This document shows, in pieces, positions 56,888 through 64,000 of a stretch of 64,000 nt of DNA. The notes under the pieces were generated by a model. The model was not told where the DNA came from. It did not search any database and was given only the letters and a program-made list of their open reading frames with translations. The stretch's first letter is position 1. Every line of letters starts with the position of its first letter. Origin of the DNA: a virus; the IMG/VR virus record IMGVR_UViG_3300025030_001854, positions 1 through 64,000 of that record; one strand, given 5' to 3'. Position numbers and translations under genes: made by a program.

Positions 56888-56971
56888 TGGTAGACACGGA
56901 AAGATTTGCACTTTCATTTTCAATTTCTAATTACCATTACTAATTTCGAAGATTAGCTGGATTACGTGTCC
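56888..56971 (-). tRNA. Atypical D-armless tRNA-Arg(TCG)
   Basis: GGACACG/CGTGTCT-ACCA, CTAAT CTTCGAA ATTAG. Confidence 0.65.
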
Positions 56972-57696
56972 AATTTCTTTTTTTGTTTATTAACATGGGA
57001 AAATGGAGAAATATTTTTCCAATCTAAATTGTAATATTTGGCCCATTTTCTTATTGTATTGTCGGAACCCACTCCAATTAATTTTTTAATTTGTAAAATA
57101 TTTTTTGTTTTTAAAAGACTCTCCAATTCTTCTTTAGATGGACGGATAAATTTTCTATTACTAATCTTAGGAGAATGTCGCCAATTAGGATTTAATTGAG
57201 ATGGTTTTATTTTATATTTTTTATGTCTCTTTCCAGCAAATGAAGGTGTTTGGCTGTGACAGTTTGGGCAAAGAAAAGCTAAATTTTCCAAACGATTATC
57301 ATTAGATACTCCGTTCTTATGTTCTAATTGAAGACTTAATTTATTTCCTTGCCACTCTCCAAAATTTCCGCATTTTTCACATTTATAATCTAGTAATTGA
57401 AATTTAATAAGATTAGTTTTAATGTGTCGTCTATTTTGTATAGAATTTTCTTCTAATTTCCGTAAAAAATCATCTTTAGTATTTTTTCTTGTCAAGTTAG
57501 AAGAATTTACTCTCGATAAAAAATGTTTTGTATCTAATCCTAAAAATTCAATTCTCTTCCAACAGGTTTGATAATTAGACCCTTTATTTTCCATTCCAAA
57601 AAATCTTAAAACTTGAGACATACTAATGCTATTTTTAATAAGCTCAATAAAAGCATTATCTTCCATTTGCCAAACCACGCTTGTTCTTTTTCTCAT
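56962..57696 (-). mobile_element. HNH endonuclease overlapping tRNA-Arg(TCG)
   Basis: CEKC, LQLEHKNG..DNRLENLAFLCPNCHSQT. Confidence 0.85.
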
Positions 57697-57747
57697 ATCA
57701 TATATTACACAAAATAACGTAAGAAGTCTAATAATAGTGCAAAATAC

Positions 57748-57821
57748 TGGCTCCCCTCCCACCACTTGCAGATGGACTTACGCTTTCAAAGAGCGGTTTG
57801 CTACTCTTACAACAGAGGGGA
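57748..57821 (-). tRNA. tRNA-Gln(TTG)
   Basis: CGCT CTTTGAA AGCG. Confidence 0.7.
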
Positions 57822-57903
57822 ATTTCGCCAGAGCTTCGGATTAAACCGCATTTTTAATTGAGCCTCACTGTTCTGGCTAAGTGAGAATATACTTAATGAT
57901 AGT

Positions 57904-57979
57904 TGGTGGACACAGATGGGAATCGCACCCACTAAATCTTCATTGCGAATGAAGTGCATCGCTATTTTGCTTCTGGCCC
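57904..57979 (-). tRNA. tRNA-Ala(CGC)
   Basis: CTTCA TTCGCAA TGAAG, G3:U70. Confidence 0.75.
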
Positions 57980-57991
57980 ATTCTGTCTTTT

Positions 57992-58262
57992 GTTTAATAG
58001 GTATTAGGATTTCCAGCGTCACCTAAGTTTTTAACAACCTTTTCGCGGGGTATGCAACCAAGCCCGATTTGAGCCTCGTCTCAGCTAAGGATTTGCACCT
58101 TTTTATTATACCCATTTACCTTTATGGATGATACGCTCACGTAACTATGTTAGTAATGATGTCTAACTTCATCCGATACCACGATTTAGACCTATGGCAA
58201 ACCTCTTTAATAATTAATTAAATCAATGCCGACATCTAAACAGCAGTTCACACCTATTAAAC
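57992..58262 (-). ncRNA. Orphan structured RNA, about 270 nt
   Basis: 11-bp closing helix GTTTAATAGGT/ACCTATTAAAC, internal AAGG TGCAAAT CCTT T-loop hairpin. Confidence 0.55.
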
Positions 58263-58314
58263 GGATTCACCCCCAAAGGGTTTGGTTTTGCTTAATCACT
58301 AATAATACTAAGAC

Positions 58315-58394
58315 TGGTGGACCACGGCGGTAACACTCCGCTTTTTTTAACTTGCTTGCAAAGCAAGTTCAACATTTTTGTTGCCACGTAGCCC
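58315..58394 (-). tRNA. tRNA-Ala(TGC), atypical
   Basis: CTTGC TTTGCAA GCAAG, G3:U70. Confidence 0.65.
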
Positions 58395-58454
58395 AAGGAG
58401 GCGCGTATCGTTAACGCCGACGCCTGATTGAATACAGGAGGTCTTGTGAACCCA

Positions 58455-58544
58455 TGGCGGAAGCAGGGGGAGTCGCACCCACACCGGCTTTCACCGGCTT
58501 AGTTTAGCAAACTAATTCGACAAACTGATATTCGACTTACTTCC
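58455..58544 (-). tRNA. tRNA-Ser(GCT)
   Basis: TTAGT TTGCTAA ACTAA, long variable arm. Confidence 0.8.
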
Positions 58545-58668
58545 AAAGCCCGTTTGGTGAGCAACCCCCTATGCAAATCTTCATCCATAAACAAGTTGCA
58601 TAGCGCATACATTTATGAATCTCGCTCATTTCTAACGAGCATATCTAATAAATTAAATATCGAATTAA

Positions 58669-58754
58669 TGGCGGAAGCTAAGAGAATCGCACTCATAAGC
58701 CCTTGCGGACCAACAGTTTTCAAGACTGTGCCCTCGTCTATTCGGACAGCTTCC
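58669..58754 (-). tRNA. tRNA-Ser(TGA)
   Basis: ACAGT CTTGAAA ACTGT, long variable arm. Confidence 0.8.
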
Positions 58755-58842
58755 AAATCCCGATATTTAGTTTTCGGGCAAACAACATCAACTCTGTCTG
58801 ATGTCTGGCGATATTACATAACGGTAATATTCGTTGTTAACA

Positions 58843-58932
58843 TGGTGGGCGCGGCAGGAATTGCACCTGCGATGTTTACCCGATGGGATGAATTTTACAG
58901 ATTCACGTCTTCGCTACTCAAACCACACGCCC
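58843..58932 (-). tRNA. tRNA-Tyr(GTA)
   Basis: TGAAT CTGTAAA ATTCA, long variable region. Confidence 0.8.
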
Positions 58933-58936
58933 AATA

Positions 58937-59067
58937 TTGTGAGAACAAACGAAAAAAGCTTTTTTCTGTGCTACCGCTACACTAAGACGGCATTTTGAGC
59001 CGTCTGCAAGACTTGAACTTGCCCTAGTCTTTACAATAAGATGAAACTCTTTTCTGACGCTACACAA
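58937..59067 (-). ncRNA. YrlA-like Y RNA (permuted tRNA-like domain)
   Basis: TGTGTAGCG...TGTTCTCACA end stem; T arm GCAAG TTCAAGT CTTGC, closed acceptor AGACGGC/GCCGTCT, D arm TAGTGTAGCGGTAGCAC. Confidence 0.8.
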
Positions 59068-59068
59068 A

Positions 59069-59139
59069 TGGCAAGAAGTGTGAGACTCGCACTCACCAAG
59101 ACAAGTTTTGGAGACTCGTCACCGCCTTGCGGACTTCCT
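59069..59139 (-). tRNA. tRNA-Trp(CCA)
   Basis: CGAGT CTCCAAA ACTTG, G73. Confidence 0.75.
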
Positions 59140-59144
59140 ATTAA

Positions 59145-59211
59145 TTGAGAGAACAAATAATTTCAGCGTTGTTTCATTAGACGTGAAGTAACTGAAATAG
59201 ACACTACTCAA
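59145..59211 (-). ncRNA. Short Y RNA-like
   Basis: TGAGTAGTG...TACTTC...TGTTCTCTCA. Confidence 0.65.
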
Positions 59212-59215
59212 ATAT

Positions 59216-59292
59216 TTGCGGAAAATCAGGAGTCGAACCTGTTATCTCTAACCTTATGAGGGTTGAATGGTATTCCGTTCCACTCTTCCGCA
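59216..59292 (-). tRNA. tRNA-Met(CAT), initiator-like
   Basis: TGCGG...CCGCAA ends, loop CTCATAA, canonical TTCGA. Confidence 0.75.
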
Positions 59293-59367
59293 TGGCTCTC
59301 GGGGCTTGATTCGCACAAGCATATCGCGCTTTAACAGAACGCTTCACTACTTTTGTGATACCCGAGA
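59293..59367 (-). tRNA. tRNA-Asn(GTT)
   Basis: Loop CTGTTAA, U1-A72, G73. Confidence 0.8.
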
Positions 59368-59378
59368 ATTATAAAACA

Positions 59379-59658
59379 TTTTAATACTAAATACATAAGA
59401 AGTTTTTATGGTCATTTCAACCACTTTGATAGGTAAAACCACCATTCGTTATCTCTGAATTACATAATATAGAGGCAATTCTCAGAATGGCCATACGTTT
59501 AATGGACCGAAAGTTTAAGGTTACCGCCCACATAGTCCTGCTCTGACCGAGAAATGTCAGCTTGATTGGCAAAAGGAAATCCCAAATATGCTTTACACAC
59601 CCAAAATATCCTACACAATGCTTATGTCTTGTAACATGTAACTGCATTAGTATTAAAA
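59379..59658 (-). ncRNA. Orphan structured RNA, about 280 nt
   Basis: 12-bp closing helix TTTTAATACTAA/TTAGTATTAAAA and inner ACATAAG/CTTATGT. Confidence 0.5.
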
Positions 59659-59659
59659 T

Positions 59660-59769
59660 TGGCACCTGTCGGGGTCTTTCTCCCCAATCACCACATTGAT
59701 ATCGGCAATAATTAGCACACAATCTCTAATTATCAAAAGTATCGAATATCGTGGCACTTGTGTTCAGGT
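59660..59769 (-). ncRNA. 110-nt tRNA-like RNA with elongated anticodon arm
   Basis: ACCTG/CAGGT-GCCA, T arm GGGG AGAAAGA CCCC, long CCAC..ATAATTAG/CTAATTAT..GTGG stem. Confidence 0.5.
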
Positions 59770-59774
59770 ATAAA

Positions 59775-59851
59775 TGGTAGTGGTAGACGGAGTTGCACCG
59801 ACATTTTACTCGCTGAAAACGAGGAGTCCTAGACTATTAGACGATACCACC
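59775..59851 (-). tRNA. tRNA-Glu(TTC)
   Basis: CTCG TTTTCAG CGAG. Confidence 0.75.
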
Positions 59852-59979
59852 ATAAAATTGAATACTTGTAACAACATGCATTACAAGTATTTAGAAGAAA
59901 TGTTAGACCCTTCTTGGGAAGCCTAACTTAGTGGTAATTCTTCATACCGTTCTATAACTATTGCAATAATTATAGAAAA

Positions 59980-60462
59980 TTATTTAATAATTGGACTCGT
60001 TTTTATATGTTGTAATAAAGAAAGGATTTGTTCTTTTCTATATCCATTTTTTCCTAAATTAACAAAAATACAAACAAATTCGACATTTCCCTCAACATAT
60101 CCCTTTGAAGAATCTATTCTATCTAGAGAAGCTTTTGCTGGATTATGAGTAGAAAATCTTCCTTTGTCTAAATGCATATTAATACCTAAATATGGGCAAA
60201 TTCCCATTTGAATATCCCAAATAGATTTAAGATAACTTACGGTTAAATTAAAATCTAACTGTTTTAGTTTTGCATTTTTCTTTGCTGTGCTTACATAGAC
60301 TCTAAAAGGAGAAAATTCATCTTCTTCACTTGCCTGACAAGATAAAGAACAAAAAAATCTATCTTTTTTTCTCCCTCTAGAAAGCTGACGAGTATACTCT
60401 CGTTTCTCCTTTTCAAAGGATATTCCACATTTAAAACAAATCAATTGTAATACTTCTCTCAT
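59980..60462 (-). mobile_element. HNH-like endonuclease
   Basis: CFKC, FCSLSC, CPYLG, ASLDRIDSSKGYVEGNVEFVC..VN. Confidence 0.75.
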
Positions 60463-60502
60463 ATAAGTATTTACACTATCCGGTGGAGCTTGAGAAACAA
60501 AA

Positions 60503-60577
60503 TGGTGGAGATAGATGGTTATGCTCCATCTATTAGACTATGCCATAGTCTTGTGATACTGATTTCACCATATCCCC
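60503..60577 (-). tRNA. tRNA-Ala(GGC)
   Basis: AGACT ATGGCAT AGTCT, G3:U70. Confidence 0.8.
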
Positions 60578-60884
60578 AGAAGGGCACTTAACGTCGAATG
60601 AGGAATTCTAGTTAAATGCCACCGACAAAAAAAAGAAAATTAGGAGGGAATATCTTATTACCCCCAAGCACTCTTTCTTTTAGATTATTCGGTCAGATAG
60701 GACCGTCGTCCCAAAATTGCGCTGTTATGGAATATAAAATCGCAACTACATTTAATATTTCGGTTGGCCGACCTAATAAAAAAATTACCTTATCTAAAAG
60801 ATTTCATGGCAGCCCAGCTTCATTTTTCATGAGTCGAGCACGTTACAAGTAACAGTACTTGTTTTTCTGTCACTAATCTTCTTA

Positions 60885-60958
60885 TGGAGCAGTATGTCGG
60901 TAACGCTCCGACTTGTTTTGATTGGCAATCAAACGCATTACTTTTGTGCTAATACTGC
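60885..60958 (-). tRNA. tRNA-Gly(GCC)
   Basis: TTTGA TTGCCAA TCAAA, U73. Confidence 0.8.
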
Positions 60959-61118
60959 ATAGAAATTGAGTAATGAACGAATATTTTCAATTTGTTCATC
61001 ACAATAAAGAACATCTTGCCCTTACGATTTCTCGTAGCTGGTTCTTACCCCCAGTCGTTCGTTTAATTAATCGGGCCAAACTCTCAAAAAGCCACTCTGC
61101 ATTTCTTACTACGATTCT

Positions 61119-61147
61119 ATACTACGTTCAGTTTGTGCTTCTGTCAA
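61119..61147 (-). promoter_or_regulatory. sigma70-like promoter at the head of the tRNA array
   Basis: TTGACA-N17-TAGTAT; boxA-like TGTTCTTTA at 61005-61013 downstream. Confidence 0.65.
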
Positions 61148-61196
61148 TACTCTCTTTTCGATTTCTTGTCAGATTTTGTGGGATTTTATAATTAAA

Positions 61197-61230
61197 TAAA
61201 AAACCCGCTATCTTTTCAGGGACAGCGGGT
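61197..61230 (-). terminator. Intrinsic terminator of putative attenuator
   Basis: ACCCGCTGTC...GATAGCGGGT followed by TTTTT. Confidence 0.8.
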
Positions 61231-61250
61231 ATTTAACTATTTTCCCCCAC

Positions 61251-61346
61251 TTATCCCACACCCCCTGTATTGGCAATAAAATAACAATCACTTGCCCATT
61301 TAGGAGCGAGGGTCACTGTTTCTGATTGACGTAATACAAATATCAT
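61251..61346 (-). CDS. 31-aa leader peptide MIFVLRQSETVTLAPKWASDCYFIANTGGVG
   Basis: GTGTAA motif 9 nt before ATG; stop 20 nt before terminator; 19 different amino acids. Confidence 0.65.
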   Translation of the reverse strand: MIFVLRQSETVTLAPKWASDCYFIANTGGVG

Positions 61347-63485
61347 TTTCTTATCTTACACCTATTTGATGTAATTTTCCAAAAAAAATTCAAAAAGAAA
61401 TTAAACTTTCAAAAATTTTTCAATTCTTTTCTCTTGATGAGTATTTCCATAAGGAATAGTTGGAAGCCAAGGGAAGCTTCTTCCAGTCCATCCTATTGGT
61501 AAATCTTTTAAAGTTTCTACTTTTTTAACGTCAAAAGTGATAGAATCTGCCTGAGCAACAATTTCGTCTCTATTTTTTCTCCAAATATCCTCGGCGAGCT
61601 TCTTTAGGTCAGATTCTTGATAGAAATTTTCTCCAACTATTTCAGTTTCTAATGTTATTTTAATTTTAATTAAACTCATATATTAGTTGCTCTTTAGAAC
61701 AAAGACATTCAGGAGCATCAGGAAACTTAACAATTAAATAATTTCCATCAGGTTGATGTTTCAAATTTGGAAAAGTCTCTTGCATTCTTAACGACTCTTC
61801 AATACTATAAATTTCTCCCTCGGTATTTTTATTTATTAAAGTTTTTCCAATTTTTATTGGATATTTAGCTAATACCCTTTGACGAATCATAAACTATTTA
61901 TTAAAATATAAATACATCAATAATCCAATAATAGTTAAATATCCTGCATGGATTAGAACTTTAACGCCCTTAAACCCCACAAATACTCCCATACAGAAAC
62001 TAACTAGACTACTTAGTTGCGGTGGTTGAGGCGGGTTCATTGGATATTCCATTGTTAACTTTATTTAAAAGTCCTTCGCACGTTCCCTTTAGCTTGTCCC
62101 TCAAAGCTCCACCAAGGAAAAAGTGGTCAATTAGAAATACGACCGCTATCCAGTAAAGCGTGTTTTTGTTTTCGTTAACGAAACTTTTAAGACCGTCTGT
62201 TATTGAGTTCATAATGTTATTATTTGTTGTTTTGTTTTCTAAAATAGGTCTATCTAATTTGGCTTCTTGTTTAGCTTCTGAATAAGCAGCAGCTAATTCT
62301 TTGTACATATCATTTCTCTCTGACTCGTTATTCCATGACCAAGATGTATCAGTTCCATTCTTAAAAAAGATTCTTATTGAATATGGCTTATCACACTGGA
62401 CATTGTTATTGATGACCGTCATTCTTGAAATTTCATATAAATCTATCGACACCCAAGAATTTGAAAATATTCTATTCATAATTTTTTTCGTTTCATAAAT
62501 CTTCCGCATATCTCACATCTAGGTGGCCAGCCGCCCAATCCATGAACATAACACTCTTCATCTGGCTCTAATGCCTGAATAGAACAAGAACAAGTATGAG
62601 GTTCTTTACAAATATGTTTTTTAATTTTTTTCATTTAATTTAAATAATGATTTCTTCCAAAAGAAACAAATACATCTAAAGAATCACCATTATATTGATT
62701 TGCCGATTTTCCTAAATTAAATTCGTCGGGGTATGACACTCCATTGATTGTTACGGCTGGACAATATAAATTAAATAACCCACTTTCATATCCATTAATA
62801 ATATAACATGGACGAGAAAATTTACCGTCCTTTCTATATTTGAAAGGATAAGGTCCATCAAAATTATTTTTAAATACTTGTCTTGGATTCATATTTTCTC
62901 TTTAATCGTTGAAGTTCTGCCCGTTCTTTTATTTCTATTTTCTTGGCAGCTAATTGATTATGTTTTTCTAGCTGGTTAGCAACGAGATTTCTCACCCTTT
63001 CGTCGGGAACGATATTGACTGATAATAATATTGCTTCCCGTATCATTTGATTAGGATGGGTTGGAACTGTATGGAAAATATAATCTTTTGCTAATTTTTC
63101 ATATTCTTCATCTGTATAAAAGTCAATCTTCGTATCTGGAATATCTGTTACAGTCCTTGGATAGGAGCTTATTAAAGCATATTTAGCATTTTCCCATGGC
63201 GTTGTTTTCTTTTTCATAATTAAAATTTTTTATTTACAATCTCCATTAGTACAAATTGGACGGCCCGAAGACGTATAAGACAACGGGTATTTACATTTAG
63301 GACACTTACCGATGGCCAAATAAATTTTCCTTTTTAGATAAAATCTTTTGTAAATAACCCACGGAACATCTTTAACACCAATATATAGAGATACAAAAAA
63401 CAATATCAAAGCTATATAAAAAATTGACTCATTCATAAATCTTTATCCAGAATACAAGGTAGTTGAGAAATCGTCAAGGAAAAAG

Positions 63486-63514
63486 AAAAGGGCTAGAGAG
63501 ATTATCTCTAGCCC
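63486..63514 (-). terminator. Terminator after Ro60 gene
   Basis: GGGCTAGAGAT/CTCTAGCCC hairpin plus T tract. Confidence 0.7.
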
Positions 63515-63535
63515 GTGATTTAAAACTATTTAAAG

Positions 63536-64000
63536 TTATTCTTGGTTTAACTTTTCTAGTTCGATAATGTAATCCAAAACGGCCTCAGAAAAACCGTCAA
63601 TATGGTTCCAAGCCCCATATCCGACACCATTTTGATAAGCGGCAACATTGATAATATACCCATTACTTCCTTTACGAGGATTTATTACCCTGTCATGAGA
63701 TTGTTCGTCTGTAAAAACAATCAAACGTTCGTATGGAATATTAGATACGTCACCTATGGCTTTCCCTAAATAAGTTCCAGAATGAGTCTGACTATTCTTA
63801 ATGGCGTCCCTCAAGGCAAATCCTCTACGAGAAGGAACTTGCACGGTTGCATTAGAGAAAGTAAAGACCTCTACATCTTTAAACATTTCTCTAGCAAGAA
63901 TAGCTAGTCCACTTGCCCCGTCGTCCCTTGTAGACTCGGACTTAGCACTCATAGGAGCATTCATAGAACCCGAAACGTCAATAAGAAGAACAGTTTTACC
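63536..64000 (-). CDS. rsr: Ro60/Rsr TROVE protein, C-terminal vWA part (5-prime truncated by window)
   Basis: GKTVLLIDVSGSM, RRGFALRDAI, GTYLG, TDEQSHD, INVAAYQNGVGYG.W..IDGFSEAV. Confidence 0.85.
   Translation of the reverse strand, partial: GKTVLLIDVSGSMNAPMSAKSESTRDDGASGLAILAREMFKDVEVFTFSNATVQVPSRRGFALRDAIKNSQTHSGTYLGKAIGDVSNIPYERLIVFTDEQSHDRVINPRKGSNGYIINVAAYQNGVGYGAWNHIDGFSEAVLDYIIELEKLNQE

Noticed and set aside
58554-59722. ORFs 58554-58985(+) and 59417-59722(-), also 57807-58022
   Set aside because: Overlap tRNAs or structured RNAs, atypical composition, no start signals
1-64000. Stop-codon recoding as in some jumbo phages
   Set aside because: Conserved genes are intact in the standard code, TAG and TGA end genes at expected positions, no CTA/TCA/TTA anticodon tRNA was found, and only one in-frame TAA was seen
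1-64000. CRISPR array
   Set aside because: No regularly spaced identical repeats; the recurring GAGAAC...CTAC motif is explained by Y-like RNAs

Overview
A 64 kb, AT-rich segment of a large (jumbo-type) dsDNA phage genome, coded almost entirely on the minus strand in the standard genetic code. The first ~40 kb is mostly small hypothetical early genes behind sigma70-like leaderless promoters. It also carries a RuvB-like ATPase, an Rnl2-type RNA ligase, rIIA/rIIB, dUTPase, ThyA, dCMP deaminase, three YopX proteins, nucleotidyltransferases, a macro domain and a phiEco32-like ligase/GATase/ATP-grasp cluster. From 40.3 to 61 kb lies a dispersed array of about 38 tRNA genes invaded by seven free-standing endonucleases. 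The window ends inside a Ro60/TROVE gene. The most notable signal is an apparent phage-encoded tRNA supply and quality-control system with five parts: (1) a minimal RNase P RNA next to a CCA-like nucleotidyltransferase; (2) six Y-RNA/YrlA-like RNAs plus Ro60; (3) tRNAs with a systematically altered elbow (G55, usually with A18), including three rearranged D-armless tRNA-Arg; (4) several giant tRNA-like and orphan structured RNAs; (5) a 31-codon leader peptide using 19 of 20 amino acids, with a terminator/antiterminator, at the head of the array. All calls were made by eye from motifs and manual base-pairing; no database searches were run.
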